A stretch of 64,000 bases of DNA, taken from contig CBFDEM010000047.1 of assembly GCA_965603825.1 (NCBI GenBank), positions 124,001 to 188,000 of the forward strand. The letters are read 5' to 3'. Position 1 is the first letter of the stretch, and every line of letters starts with the position of its first letter. Below, one piece after another: positions 12,676 to 26,522 of this stretch. The translations under genes and the position numbers were made by a program. The DNA comes from Blepharisma stoltei ATCC 30299 (lineage: Eukaryota > Protista > Ciliophora). The notes beneath the pieces were generated by a model. The model ran no database searches. It was not told the DNA's origin and worked only from the letters and a program-made list of their open reading frames with translations.

Positions 12676-13038
12676 ATGTCATCAATCCACGGGCAAGCTC
12701 TGTGTGCAAATAAAACCTGTATAGACCCAATTGTAAGTATTTCGCAAGAAAAATGTTATTATAGGCCAGGAAACTCATGAAAAGCAACCCATCCTCAGCT
12801 AGCCAAAATAATCAGTAAGATGAATCCTCCAAGTCCATGTAAATTAGTGAGAGATAGAGAGCAGCCTATTTCAGGCTGTATTTTAAAGTCTATAACAGTT
12901 CATACTGAAGTAGAAGCAATTCCAATGCCAAAATTAGGAGAAAGAGAAACCATTGTACAGAGTAAAAAGTCCTTATCATTTGTGATGGAAAATAGCTCGA
13001 TTCTTAAGAGAAGAGTCAATCGTGTTGCAATGCAATAA
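12676..13038 (+). CDS. hypothetical protein (~120 aa, one UGA-Trp)
   Basis: ATG 12676 reads MSSIHGQALCANKTC... through TGA 12778-12780 into ORF 12820-13038 in the same frame. Confidence 0.6.
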
Positions 13039-13361
13039 AGATATATTTAATTTAATAGATAAGTATAAATAAATCTTTATCAAAATAATAAGATTTCATT
13101 AAACAACTATATAGACAGAATATTTTTGGAAAAATTGAATTAATCTTATTATTTAGGTAATTTTGCATTTAAATCACGATTTTATTAGAATTATTAATTT
13201 AATTTTAATTTGATTATCGCCTGTACATTTACAGGTCGCCTCAAAACTCTTTCCTGATATCAAACAACTGTACCAAATTATTTTGTCTAATTTTTCACCT
13301 AGAAGCGCTATGTCTAGTAATCCAATTTAATTCACATAATTTTATTAAAATAAACTAGTTA

Positions 13362-13799
13362 TTATTGATCAATTACACTCACGTCAGTTTGATTTTCTTT
13401 TAAGCCACAATAGCAAGATATATATAAGATCCCAGTACCAAATAAGGCTATTGCAATCGCGTAATTAATAAGTGAATTCTTGCTCAGGCAGAGAGTTGCA
13501 ACACTGCTTAAATCTTACAACATATAAAAGAAACCTCGCCCTATGTGTCCTTTAATGAATAAAAATTTGTCAACAATAGATTTTAGACGCAACTCAGAGC
13601 CTACGATAAATAATCCGAATAATCTAACTTGAAATTACATATAGTAAACTGGCAAAATGATGTTTATTGGGTCAGTGATGCTAGGAGGGATTAAACCAAA
13701 TACCCCTATCAATATAAGAAATACAGCCATCACAAGACTGCATGTTTTAAGCCATCGATCCCATTTCTTAGGCAGAGTTGGGTATTTTATGTCTACCAT
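13362..13799 (-). CDS. COPI-associated / TVP15-like Golgi membrane protein, two 15-nt introns
   Basis: Removing 13624-13638 and 13504-13518 gives MVDIKYPTLPKKW...VYYILFGLFIVGSEL...GRGFFYMFVATLCL..., with several hydrophobic segments and the GRGxFY motif. Confidence 0.8.
13504..13518 (-). other. 15-nt spliceosomal intron
   Basis: GTAAGATTTAAGCAG, A at position 10; contains an in-frame stop; removal restores FYMFVATL. Confidence 0.8.
13624..13638 (-). other. 15-nt spliceosomal intron
   Basis: GTAATTTCAAGTTAG, A at position 10; removes an in-frame TAA. Confidence 0.8.
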
Positions 13800-14286
13800 T
13801 TTATATATTTATTTTACAAATAAAGATTTTGGATTGAAAAATCTTTTGATATATCGAAGCACAAATAATTTCTATGCTGAATATAAATATAATTTTCAGG
13901 ATTTATTTTCGAAATTTTTGGATTTCGATTTTTAGCATATTAAGACTAATCTAAAAAAGGATTTTTTATTAATTTTGGCTTATAAAATATAAATTATTAA
14001 ATGGCCAAGAAAACTTAAAAAAATCCCTACAACAGAAACATCGCTTATTTTAATTCATCAGGATTGAATTTCCAAAATTTTTATTAATCCACAATTAAAT
14101 AGGATTTTTTTCATTTTGTAATCTCTGCTCCTAAAGTATCATATTTTTTAATTATTCTTTTTATCTTCACAACTACAAAAAGTTTGATCAATATCTTTTC
14201 ATCATGGATATTTATAAATAAAATGGAATTTAATTAGCTTTCTCTTTCATTTAAAATTGTTCATTTAATTCAATAATAAAGAAATT

Positions 14287-15855
<1,569 letters not shown>

Positions 15856-16039
15856 AGAATATAATTTTAATTTTTGAATTAATTATGATAAATGGAAGTT
15901 ATAGAAAATCATCTCCTCAATGGCCATAACAGTTCATATAAAGTTTCACCTTTGAAAAATTAAATTATTTTATATTAATCGCAATATATATTGTTTAATA
16001 AGAATAAATAACTTATTTAAATTATAAAATTGTTTTAAA

Positions 16040-16405
16040 GCTGCTGAAAACTATCAGCTATCAAATATTTGCTCTCAAAGGAGCGACCCTGCCGGCTCTT
16101 TTTGACTGACTTTAGGTAGAATATGTACTTGCTACTGCGATTAAGTTTTCTGAAGACGTGAAGCCTGGGGCATAGCTCCAGTTTCACCCTAGGTGCCTAT
16201 GATTCAGGGTCCTGAGTCGAGTAGGATCATACTCAAACTTGGGGAAGATAGCGGACTGTACCTTTTCAGTTCAGAAAATCCTATATCCCAGTATATTATC
16301 CTAAGTACGAGAAACACCTCTCCAAATACACTTAGGATGCGGACCTGCATATCTACTGGCGCGGGTAAATTTGTATCAGATGGCCAGGTGATCTTGTTTG
16401 CAAAT
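16040..16405 (+). ncRNA. candidate structured non-coding RNA, family unidentified
   Basis: GC-rich island with no convincing ATG-initiated ORF and many complementary arms (see findings); G-U pairs favour the + strand; boundaries approximate. Confidence 0.45.
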
Positions 16406-16460
16406 TGATTATATCCTATTTAGTATTAATCATTGCTTTTTTCTTATTATATAGATTAGT

Positions 16461-16919
16461 ATGGCGAAGAATGCACCTTCAAATGAATTACAAGGACTAT
16501 CAGAAAGAAAGCAGATGATTAAATCATTTTCTCAAGAATTTATATGGAAACCTACATTGAAGATTGTGTCACCTAAAGCGCATTCTCCAAAAATTATTAG
16601 GAAAAAATTAATTGATACTCCTTTGCCTCCGATTCCTATACCAGTCAGGAAAAAACAGACCTTAGAAGCTCCCTTCATAGATAGAAAAGAGTATAATTAC
16701 CATACAAAAATTGTTAAAGATGACTATGGAGATAAGCCTTATAAGAAGCCCGAACAGTCCTCAGGATTTTTCCTTTTAGATGGCCTTGTATCAGGGGTCG
16801 ACTATAAAACCCCTATATCTTTCAGATTTTTAAAAAATCTCCCTAATAAATACAATGGAGCAGGAATCTATACGTCGCTTATGAAAACTCTGTCAAAAGA
16901 AAAGCTCAATAAACCTTAA
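16461..16919 (+). CDS. hypothetical protein (152 aa)
   Basis: Intact ATG-TAA ORF. Confidence 0.7.
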   Translation: MAKNAPSNELQGLSERKQMIKSFSQEFIWKPTLKIVSPKAHSPKIIRKKLIDTPLPPIPIPVRKKQTLEAPFIDRKEYNYHTKIVKDDYGDKPYKKPEQSSGFFLLDGLVSGVDYKTPISFRFLKNLPNKYNGAGIYTSLMKTLSKEKLNKP

Positions 16920-16971
16920 AACTTTATATATCTGATAAATTAATTTTGCAACCTCTAATAATGGTTTTTTA

Positions 16972-18246
16972 ATGTCAGAAGAAAATTTTCCTATTCTATC
17001 TCCAAGATTGTCTAACCACAGATCCACCCCGACCTTGAAAAAGCAGTTTTTTGTGGCCGATTTCAAAATTATGCCATATACGTTTGACAGTGTAATTCCT
17101 AGATGACTTTTAGATCGTAGAGATTTTAAAGATCGGCTGAAACAGCTAACTAGGACAGATATTGCAAATATTTGTTCAAAACTTAGTGAAGAGCGTTCTG
17201 GTTTTGAAAAAGAGTCTGTGGCTAAGTGAATTAAAGACTGTCCTTATTTTTCGTCTATGAGTAATAGAAAGCTACTTGAAATTTCTAACCTTTTGAAGAC
17301 CCACTGCTTCGTTAAAGGAGCCAATGTTATAAAAGAAGGCGAGATTGGGGACTGCTTATATGTAATTTTAAAAGGTCAAGCTGGGATTTATTTAGGAGGC
17401 ATTACCCAGCCGATAGCGATTAAACACCCAAGAAATGTAGTCGGAGAAGCAGCATTAGAAAATGCTGTAGTAAGGACAGCCACAGTAAAAGCAGAAACTG
17501 ATTTAATTGTTTTAGCTTTATCATGCATTGATTATTTACAATTCGCACAAAAAGAAAGGCAAAGAGAAAAGCATGAAATTAAAGTTTTTTTAAAAACAGC
17601 AAGCTTTTTTAAAGATTTATTACCATCAAAACTAGAAATTTTAGGGAACACTATTTTAGTTATGGAATATTCAAAAAATCAAAACGTATATAAGCTTGAT
17701 GAAAGCGCGCACCATCTTTATATAATAAAACAAGGCTCAGTTTTATTAGAAGCTCCTGTTTGTTTTGATCAATACAAAAAGATTCCTTCCTCGCTTAGAG
17801 AATGAAATGGGAGTGACACAAGAAGAGAAATGAATCAAATCTTGAAATATTATGGACCAGCCGAGTTTTTTGGGGAAAGAGAAATGATTTTAGGAATCCC
17901 AAGAGACACACAAGCTGTTGTAACAGCTGATAGAACAGTTTTATATATTTTATCAAAGCAAAGCTTTGATTTAATTTTTTCTCACTCAGATAAAGCAAAA
18001 ATGCTGAAAAATTCTGTATGCAGGCCGACGAGTAAAGAAATGAGAGAAAATATTACAAAAAAGGTGGAAGCCATTAATACAAAATTAAATTCACTTTTAA
18101 ACGCTTGTGACATAAATGTCCGACCTACCGACCGAAGCTCCACAATTGATCGAAAAATCATAAGAAAAGTGACGTGGGCAAGATCCCTTGCGCAGCGCTA
18201 CAAAGATGATTTGACAAAAGAACTGAACACTGTTGGAGACCTATAA
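16972..18246 (+). CDS. tandem cyclic-nucleotide-binding domain protein (three UGA-Trp)
   Basis: One frame from ATG 16972 through TGA at 17104, 17227 and 17803. Two cNMP domains: GEIGDCLYVILKG...GEAAL..AVVRTATV and LYIIKQG...FFGEREMILGIPR. Confidence 0.88.
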
Positions 18247-18294
18247 ATATAAATCTCGCTTATGTAACGTATTTTTCATAATAAATAAGCATAA

Positions 18295-20592
18295 ATGGAA
18301 GGTTTTTATCTTGATCATTACAATATTGAAGCACTTAAGCATTTATTTAAAAATTTTTCAAGAGATGCCTTAACTACCATGAAAACATTGACTATCAACA
18401 AAGAAGAAATCATAAAATTCCCGCCCCTTGGGACTTTACAAATATTCAGGAGTTTAGAAGAGCTCATTATCACAAATTGCAAAATCACTGATTTTCCTAC
18501 TGAAGTAATTACTGCCTCAATGCCACTATTAAAAAAAATAGACTTAAGGAGCAATAATTTCGCCACAGTCAAAATTTTGCTGCCTTTAGGTGAATTATTA
18601 AAATTAGAAGAATTACATTTAGAAGGGAATCCATTGACTTTATTATCACATAGGATAAGCTTACTACAAGCTTTATTATTTCCAAAAAATAAAATCCGCT
18701 ATAAACTGTCAGCTTGCTATACAGCTAGCTATAAAGCGATAAAGCAGCCTAAGCAACAAATAATAGTTAGAGACTCCCGAAGCGTTACTAGTATAATTTT
18801 AAATAGCAGTAAACCAGCCAAAGTTCCTCGGAAAGGGATGTTCCCAATGCTAAAGTTTTTAAACCATGAAGTTATCACTGAAGACGAAGTTAATAGCGCA
18901 AGACCTTTTATTGATGAAACTTGGCTTGCGACTGAAGAAAATCAAGCTAAAGATTTAGACCCGATTTTGGAAAAAGTCAAAAAGAAAAATGCAAAAATTT
19001 TGGCACTGAGGGAAAGGTATGGAGCTGATATTTTAAGACAAGGCTTGCACCCTTGCGATTCAAAAAAACCGAGGGTTGAACATGTGTCAAGGACTGTGAG
19101 GCTGCAAGATATGCTGATTAGGTCGTCAAGAGAGCCGTCAGTTATTGATGCTGAGCCTGAAAGCTCGGTAAATACTTCAGTTAATGTGAGCAGGCATGAA
19201 GAAAAATTGCCAGATTCGCCTAATAAAGCTTTTACTGAAGAAAAATTTTTAGGGTCAAAAGCTTCAAATACCCATATGTCAGAAACTCCTGGGATAGAGT
19301 CGTCACCTTTACTATCAAAATCAATCAAAAAAATCCCACTTACTCCTATACCACCTTTGCCAGAACCTCCAAAGCCGCCGGTATCTCCATTAATTGAATT
19401 TAAAAAACGAAAAAATATGCAAAGAGAAAATTTATGAAATTTACTAGACAGTGATCGAAATAGATCACCTTTTTCAGCCACACGAAGAAGCTCTTTAATC
19501 CAACTAATCCAAGAAGCCAACGTAGAAGAGCCTGAAATCGTAGTTGAAGAGAAAAAAAATGAAGAAGTCCTCAAAGAAAAAATGAAATCAATAATAGAAG
19601 AAAGCAAAAAGATCCGGGAAAGAGCTATTGAGCCTTTTTTGAAAAAAATTTATAACTTCAGTGAGGTCAACCAATTTGTAAATAAAATCGACCCATATAT
19701 AAAAAACAAAGTCCAAACAGTCAGCGATGTGCTGAATCTTGTAAATGATACCAAAGGAAAATCACATGGAATTACTGATACTGAAGTAAGACAATTATTA
19801 CAAGAAAACATGAAAGAGCTGCCCCTAGATGAAATTGAGCTTCTCCATAAAATTGTAGCATTAGATGATGATATGAAAAATATGAGACTAAAAAACACAT
19901 ATTTGGACTGGTGGCTAGGAAAAATGGAAAAGAAAAGACTGCAAATTGCAGAACATCAAGCGATTTTGGCTTTACATAAAAAAAGAATTTTTGGTAACCC
20001 TACACTTGCAGTGAAGTCTCCGAAACCTTGACAAGAAGAATATGCGCCACCAAAAAACCCATTAGTTTCTAGAGCAATAAGCCAAGGGTATAAAATAAAA
20101 TTACCTGAAAATAAACAAATTGCGACAGTGCATAGAATGGCGGAGCAGGAGTTTAAAAAGAAAGGAAAAGAAGTGATTGAAAAAGATGAACATTTTTCGT
20201 CGATTGATTTTAAATCACTATTTAAAGATCCAAATGTAAAAGAAGGGCCTGTTATTTATATAAAGCCTATATTAAAGCTTGAAACAATGCTTGAGCATCT
20301 ACACACCCAATTAAGAGAAAAAGAAAAAGAATTCGAAGAGCTTAGTTATGATGACAAAGTTATGCTGAGACTACAAAGAATAAAAAAAAATATTGCAGAA
20401 AGAGAAATCATGAGAGATAGGCTGAAATCTTTATATAGCCAGGTAGAAAAAATGAAATTGGAATTCCAAGAGAATGAAAAAGAATATTTTTATAATATGT
20501 ATGAGAAAAAAGAAGATATCCATGACTTGCTAAGCAAAGAAGATTTTTCTAAAGTTGAGCTGCCAAGATTTATTATTCCTCAAGAAAATTAA
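18295..20592 (+). CDS. LRR + coiled-coil protein (two UGA-Trp)
   Basis: Three in-frame ORFs joined by TGA 19435 and 20029; LRRs LEELIITNCKI, LKKIDLRSNNF, LEELHLEGNPL. Confidence 0.82.
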
Positions 20593-20683
20593 TTTAATTT
20601 TCATTCTAAAAATCATAAATTAATTTTTGTATCAAAATTGCCATTTTAGTGTTCCTTAAATTCTTCTCTAGATTTTTAACGCA

Positions 20684-21652
20684 ATGAGAAGAAACAGGAC
20701 ACCAGAAAGAAATTTATCTAGAGCAGGAAAGTATCTAGTTTCTATTCGACACAAAACTCCAGCCCCGAAGCTCGATTTAAGTGATATAGCTACGAAGCGA
20801 GCTACAAGCCCTATTAAATCTCAAAATGACGATAACCTGTCAGCTCGTTATGATCCTACTAAAAGAAGATTTACAAGCGAATGAACAGGAGACATTGATA
20901 TCAAAAATTTTCAATATGCCCTATCAAATATCCAAGAAAAATCCTTGAGCACGCCTCTCCTTACAAAACCCAAAGAAAAAATCGACATCAATAAAATCCC
21001 CGAGTTAATTTCTTTTAGAGAGCAAGCGAGGAAGATTGAAAAACAAAAACCTGACTATATAAGATGCCTAAGAAAAAGCTTTCGAGAGCTAAAATCAATG
21101 AATTTAAACAAAGATCAAATTCCTAATTTAAGCTCAATTACATGCAAAATCCCATACGGTCGTCCAAATTCTAAACAATTTTTTTCTGCTGTAAAATCCG
21201 GAGACGAAGAAGAAACTCAAAAATTCCTATTAAAAGACCCATTTCTAGTCCACGTTTTTGACGAAGTTGGCTTAACAGCTCTTCATTGGGCATCTCTACG
21301 AAATTATCCAGGAATTGTTTCCCTTCTTTTATCAAAACGTGCTATTATTGATGCAATCGATACTGCTCATAGAACTTCTTTATTTATCGCTGTAAAATAC
21401 AACTCAATAGAATGTGTCCGAATTCTCCTTATAAACATGGCCGATCCGCATATTTCTTCAAATTCAAAAAAAATGCCAGTAAATATAGCACAAACCAAAA
21501 TTTGTGAAAAATTGATAAAAAAAGCTATGACTTTTTATACTTTATATGCAAAACTCCCTGAGCCACAACGCAGCCAAAAATGGAAGGAAGAAGCAATTCC
21601 GGTATTTGAAGGAAGCTATAAGTCTCAGAAAAAGGCTGGAAATAAATTTTAA
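20684..21652 (+). CDS. ankyrin-repeat protein (one UGA-Trp)
   Basis: TGA 20882-20884 joins in-frame ORFs; GLTALHWA, RTSLFIAVK ankyrin motifs. Confidence 0.87.
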
Positions 21653-21656
21653 TCGC

Positions 21657-22136
21657 TTAATTAATTATTAAATATGTGCTTAATAAGTCTGAGCCTACTT
21701 GTTTAAGCTGTCTTCGAAATCCAAAATTCGGATAAATGCATAATCTTCTACTTTGGACTAAATTGTGTGCTTGCTCAAAATTGAGCCTGTGTTTTGCCAT
21801 TATATAAGCAATTACTATTGTGGCACTTCTGGATCGGCCTGCTGCACAATGAACAAGGACTTTTTGGCCTGACAGGAGACTGCTGCTTATAAATTTAAGC
21901 GCTTCTGGCAGAAGGGGTATCATGTTTTCACTTTCTAAATCATTTATCTGTACAAAATGGTAAGTAATTCCAGGAAATGTTATATCTGATTGGTATTCTA
22001 GTACTTGGACAATATTTTTAATTCCTAAACTTTGGAGAAGCTCTAAATTTTCTGCAGCAATTTGGCTTCCTAAATAAAGCCCATTTTCAATTTCATGGAT
22101 ATCTTCTTGGAACCTTTCAAGATCAGAATTTTCCAT
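21657..22136 (-). CDS. atypical dual-specificity protein phosphatase
   Basis: VLVHCAAGRSRSATIVIAYIM active site, LYLGS, PNFGFRRQL. Confidence 0.93.
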   Translation of the reverse strand: MENSDLERFQEDIHEIENGLYLGSQIAAENLELLQSLGIKNIVQVLEYQSDITFPGITYHFVQINDLESENMIPLLPEALKFISSSLLSGQKVLVHCAAGRSRSATIVIAYIMAKHRLNFEQAHNLVQSRRLCIYPNFGFRRQLKQVGSDLLSTYLIIN

Positions 22137-22445
22137 ATTATTTTAAATTAAATAAAATCTTGCGCTTAAATAATGGCTAAATAGTAGCTTTTATTATAAA
22201 AAAACCTGATTTTTGCTGTCCAATTTTAAAATTTTTTTAAGCTTTTAATTCAAATTTTACCAAGTATAAAACCAGAAAATCTAAAAAATGCGAAAAAATG
22301 AGGAAAATATGAATTTTTTATCTTTGGTGAAGCTTTTTGCTTCATAGCAACTATTAGTATATTTAGCCAATACTTATTTTGCATATTTATTTTCTAAAAA
22401 GAAGATTTGCAGTAGCTAGCTAATTTCTTTCGATATTAATAATCT

Positions 22446-22922
22446 ATGAAAAGTATGATCAATAACTCCTTACATGCTCTGCAATTGACCCGTGAAAAAA
22501 TATTAAAAGAAAGAGAAAGTACTTCAGAAACACAAGCTACGCAAGGCCCTCTAAGATCTATTCCTACACAAGGGACTGAATTAAGTGAAAGTGAAGACGA
22601 GGGAGATAACTCAAGCAGACTAAAAGATAAATCGATTTCTGCAGGTGTTCAATACCAAAGAGGTGGCCTTGGAGTAAGAACACAGGTAGATTTAAATCAA
22701 CTAAGGCAAGAAATTAAATTAAGGGAATCTGAGCAGTTTGAAAGGGAAAGGGAAATTAAAAATATCTTGGGGAGTGACACAAGCCAAGATGAGCAGGGAA
22801 GTGGAGGAGAAGAACAAGAAAATCGGATGAATGAAGAAATTAGAAATAAAGTTGAAAATATCATTATCCTAGATCAGAGTGATATAAAATGCTGCTGCAG
22901 TCGGACGTGCAATTTGTTGTAG
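22446..22922 (+). CDS. hypothetical protein with C-terminal CaaX box
   Basis: 158 aa ending KCCCSRTCNLL-stop. Confidence 0.75.
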   Translation: MKSMINNSLHALQLTREKILKERESTSETQATQGPLRSIPTQGTELSESEDEGDNSSRLKDKSISAGVQYQRGGLGVRTQVDLNQLRQEIKLRESEQFEREREIKNILGSDTSQDEQGSGGEEQENRMNEEIRNKVENIIILDQSDIKCCCSRTCNLL

Positions 22923-23337
22923 TCGATAATTAATGAGAGTGGAATGTTAGCAAAATAAATTTTAAATAAAGTTTTAAATCAATAGCTTGTATAGAGTAAA
23001 ACTGCGAAATTTAAGAAATAAAATTGGATAATAATAATAAAAGGTAAAATAATTTTACTTTTTTATTATCCTAAATTCAAAAATCTAAAAGTATTTTTCC
23101 CTAATTTTAAAATATTGACTCTTAGTCAAGACTTTCCAATACCCAATTGAACAATTCTTATTTTTGGGCTTTTAGCCCAAAAATTTAAATCCAGCTTTTT
23201 AAAGCAGCAAACCTCAGCAGAATTTCAAAACAATATTTAATATTTGCATAAAATTTATTATACTCTTTTAAGCCACCTCACAGTCCTGAAGCGGGATAAA
23301 TGATTATGAAGCCACATATAGTAAAAAATATCGTTAA

Positions 23338-23814
23338 ATGATAGAATGCTATTACAAAGAAATAGAAAACGAAGAATGTGACTGAAAAGGAGAAGCCTCT
23401 GAAGTTCCAAGCCATTTAATATCTCAGCACAGCATCTGCGAATACACCAGCTGTAAACACAATAAAATAATGCTTGAGCTAGAATTTGATGAAAATTCTG
23501 GCTTCAGGTTTTTACTTTTGACCTTCCAGAAAGACGAAAAGCCGATTCCTTTTATATTTGAAGAAAGTATGAGTGAAAATAATTTGATAAGTTTACTGTT
23601 AAGAAGCCCATCTGAAGAAATCATTAGGTACAAAATGAAAATAGAGGGAAAAGTTTCGTCTATTGAATATGAAGGAAACGTGCAGAAGTTTGATGGGAAA
23701 AATATAGAGGAAAACCAACAGTGCTTAAAGGTCCATGCAAGGCAGATGCAGCATTTTTCTTATATATCTGATGATGGGGAAAAAAGATATAAAATTGTGT
23801 TAACAGTGTTATAA
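23338..23814 (+). CDS. SIAH/Sina-like zinc finger + substrate-binding domain protein (one UGA-Trp)
   Basis: ATG 23338 gives MIECYY...CD(W)KGEASEVPSHLISQH; C-terminus YKMKIEG...IEYEG...CLKV resembles the SIAH substrate-binding domain; no RING seen. Confidence 0.6.
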
Positions 23815-24290
23815 AAATTTTGGAAGAGGATAGGGATATATAATATAAAATAATTGTGTATAAGGAACTTTTCTATCAAAAATAATATAACTTTACGGCA
23901 CTTAGCAAATCCTGGATTTTTTAAAATGGTCTGCCGTGCCAAAATCATTATACAGCTTTTGTACGAATAAAATTTAAAGTTATTAGCTATTATATATTTA
24001 AAAGCAATAAGATTCATCAACCAAATTTACCTATATCTAAGAAAAATGATTCATTCTAGTTAAGAAATTATATAAAAATACTAGGGGATAAAAGACGACC
24101 TATAAAAACAATTAAAATATATCATATCTATTTTTCTTAACTTTAGATATCAGCTTCAGCAAAATAAAAACTCTAATTGAAGAGCCAATTTTCTTTAAAA
24201 TTTTGTTATTAAAGATTTTACTTAAAATCCAAAACGTCTCCATCCCTCTTATTATTTTCCTATCGTTTAATAAATATTTTTAATTTGCTC

Positions 24291-24975
24291 ATGGGATCTG
24301 CTTGTACGTCAAATCCAAGCCCTCGGAATCATTCATCCTCTCACAACTCAAGGCTCCGGACAATGAAATTGGGCAATTTCACGTTTCAGTTGTATGGTAA
24401 CCAATATTTTAGAAAATAAAATTGTGGGAAAAGGCTGCAGAAGAACGCCAGCTTGGGAAACACAAGCCACAAGAGAAGAGGTGGACAAAAAACGCAAGGA
24501 ATTTTGGGAAACCAGGGTTGATGGAAACCCTGAAGTTTGGCAATTATTAAAAGGTGCAATAGATGAGCCTCTGCCAGCAAATTCTTTAGCAATGATACAA
24601 GCTGCAGGGCTTTCTTTAGCTGATGGAGTTTTGATGACTGTTTATGACCAAGGGCAGCACCGCTATGAAATTCCTCCATATCTTATCAATGAGCCTGAGC
24701 ATTATGGACCAGGTCTAGATGTAATATCAATAAATCAGCCTATAAAAGAAGAACTAATTGAGCTGACCTTGAGGTCTACAAAATATAAAGATTGGGTAGT
24801 TCGTATCAGCAACTGCACAAAAGTTACACAACTGAAAGAAGATTACGCGAGAAATTTTGATACCAAAGATTTGAAAATTAGGATGTTTTCAAATGGAAAG
24901 GAATTAAAAGACGGAAATACACTGGCTCACCATAACGTTAAAGCAGGGATGGTACTGCAAGTTGCAGTTCTTTAG
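24291..24975 (+). CDS. UBTD: ubiquitin domain-containing protein (UBTD1/2, DC-UbP family), one 16-nt intron
   Basis: MGSACTS start; KRKEFWETRVDGNPEVWQLL, VYDQGQHRYEIPPY, C-terminal Ubl domain; intron 24397-24412 joins the frames. Confidence 0.88.
24397..24412 (+). other. 16-nt spliceosomal intron
   Basis: GTAACCAATATTTTAG; removal joins LY-ENKIVG in frame. Confidence 0.8.
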
Positions 24976-25260
24976 CTATTGTTAATAATTCGATTTATTT
25001 AAATAGTGAAATTAAAAAAACTGTTTCAATTTTTGTGGCATAATTGCTTTTTTTACATACAATTTTTTATTTAAAATTAGACTAGCTGCTTATTTTTATT
25101 GCAAACTGATTAGATTTTGGTATTAAAATGTGATTGTTTGAAATTTATTTAAATATTTGGAAAATTAATTATAATTGAAAAATCAAAACAAATTTATTTG
25201 GAGAAAATTATAGCTGAATTTTATTCTTTTAAAATAAATGATAATATAGTAATATAAATC

Positions 25261-25647
25261 ATGGGAGGATGGGACTTTGGAGTTTTTCAATGTGAACAAA
25301 ACCCTGTAATGTGTTTATGAGCATGGTGTGTCCCCGGTGGAATATGCTGCATGCAAGTTGTTGATGCCAAAATTTCTGATTCAGAGAACAAAAATGCTGC
25401 CTTCGTTGCATGCTTATGCAGCTGCTTCTTGGGCTGTATAGGAGCTACTTTTAACCGCTATAAACTAAGAGAAATGCTTACTATTAATGACTCTGTTATT
25501 ATGGATTTACTTTGGTATTGGTGAGTCCCATGTTTCGCTGTCACTCAAGAATGGATGACCACAATGAATCGCCAAAAAAACAATCACAAACTTCTTATTT
25601 GGCAGCTGATTGGAGCTCAAGAAGGAGGCAATGGGGTAAGAGCTTAG
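25261..25647 (+). CDS. PLAC8-family Cys-rich protein (two UGA-Trp)
   Basis: MGGWDFGVFQC...CL(W)AWCVP...NRYKLRE...DLLWYW(W)VPCFAVTQEW; missing from the ORF track. Confidence 0.88.
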
Positions 25648-26118
25648 GAAAGTATTAACTTAGTATTATGCAATTTCTACAATTAAATATAAAATCAGAG
25701 GAAAAATCCAATTAAAGGTCTAGGGATATTTTCATAAAAATGAAATCATGGGCAATTTCTTATTTAAATATTTATAATCCTTTCATCCTTATTGCAAAAT
25801 AAAAAATGAAAAATAGATTAATTAGTTAATGATAAAATAATAATACTGCAAAAAAATGATTTTACAAAAGGATTTTTTTGCTATTATATTTTTATTTCAA
25901 TCTACATTTATTTATCCAAGCTTTGTTTTTGTCATTAATTTTAAAATTATGAAAGAAATAATACGAGTGCACGTACTTATTGCAATGACTCCTACAACCC
26001 CTTCCCATATTTCATGGGAAAAACCTAAGCTTCCTAAAGGATCGCAAGATGGTTCGCACGATAAATCAAGATCATTATACTCATTAGCAGCCAAAGCTTG
26101 AAATCCCCATTTAAATGG

Positions 26119-26133
26119 CTAAATAATCTTTAC
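26119..26133 (-). other. 15-nt spliceosomal intron
   Basis: GTAAAGATTATTTAG; removal restores WISYIT-PFKWGFQALAANE. Confidence 0.9.
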
Positions 26134-26321
26134 TGTGATATACGAAATCCATCTAAAAGAAATAGGAATATTATCAAGTTTCACATATTCTCCACCAAAA
26201 GCCACTAATGGCAGTACTAAAATTGAGCTAAAAGCCATTGCATTTTCAGATCGAGAAAAAATTGCTCCAATTATGCAGCCCAGTCCTACTCCACATTGCA
26301 ATAGCAAGGAGTAAATAATAT

Positions 26322-26336
26322 CTATATGAAACTTAC
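26322..26336 (-). other. 15-nt intron (in-frame, no stop)
   Basis: GTAAGTTTCATATAG, A at position 10; removal gives FIIFYIIYSLL. Confidence 0.75.
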
Positions 26337-26522
26337 AAAATATGATAAATTTTGACCCATCATTATTATTAAGACCTGCAGAAAAATAAACAATAACTGC
26401 TGTCATAATCGCAATAATAAAAGTCCAAGGCAAATCTGCAATATTTTTCGCTAAAAAATAAGGGATTGTCCCATATAATCCTTGAGATCTTTCTTTAATA
26501 TAAGGAGCTCTTTCTAATGGAA

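Noticed and set aside
16184-16320. Telomerase RNA (CACCCTA at 16185-16191 and AACACC at 16313-16318 resemble the heterotrich repeat CCCTAACA)
   Set aside because: Neither stretch contains a full repeat plus alignment bases.
16250-16400. Group I intron S element (AAGGUACAGUCC on the minus strand) or HDV-like ribozyme
   Set aside because: No matching upstream R/P7 strand; the HDV P3 and P1.1 pairings cannot be formed.
16193-16408. 71-aa ORF from the track, and a spliced minus-strand ORF in the same region
   Set aside because: The first has a GTG start and no motif; the second has no in-frame ATG and its putative intron starts GTTT rather than GTAA. Kept only as an alternative to the ncRNA reading.
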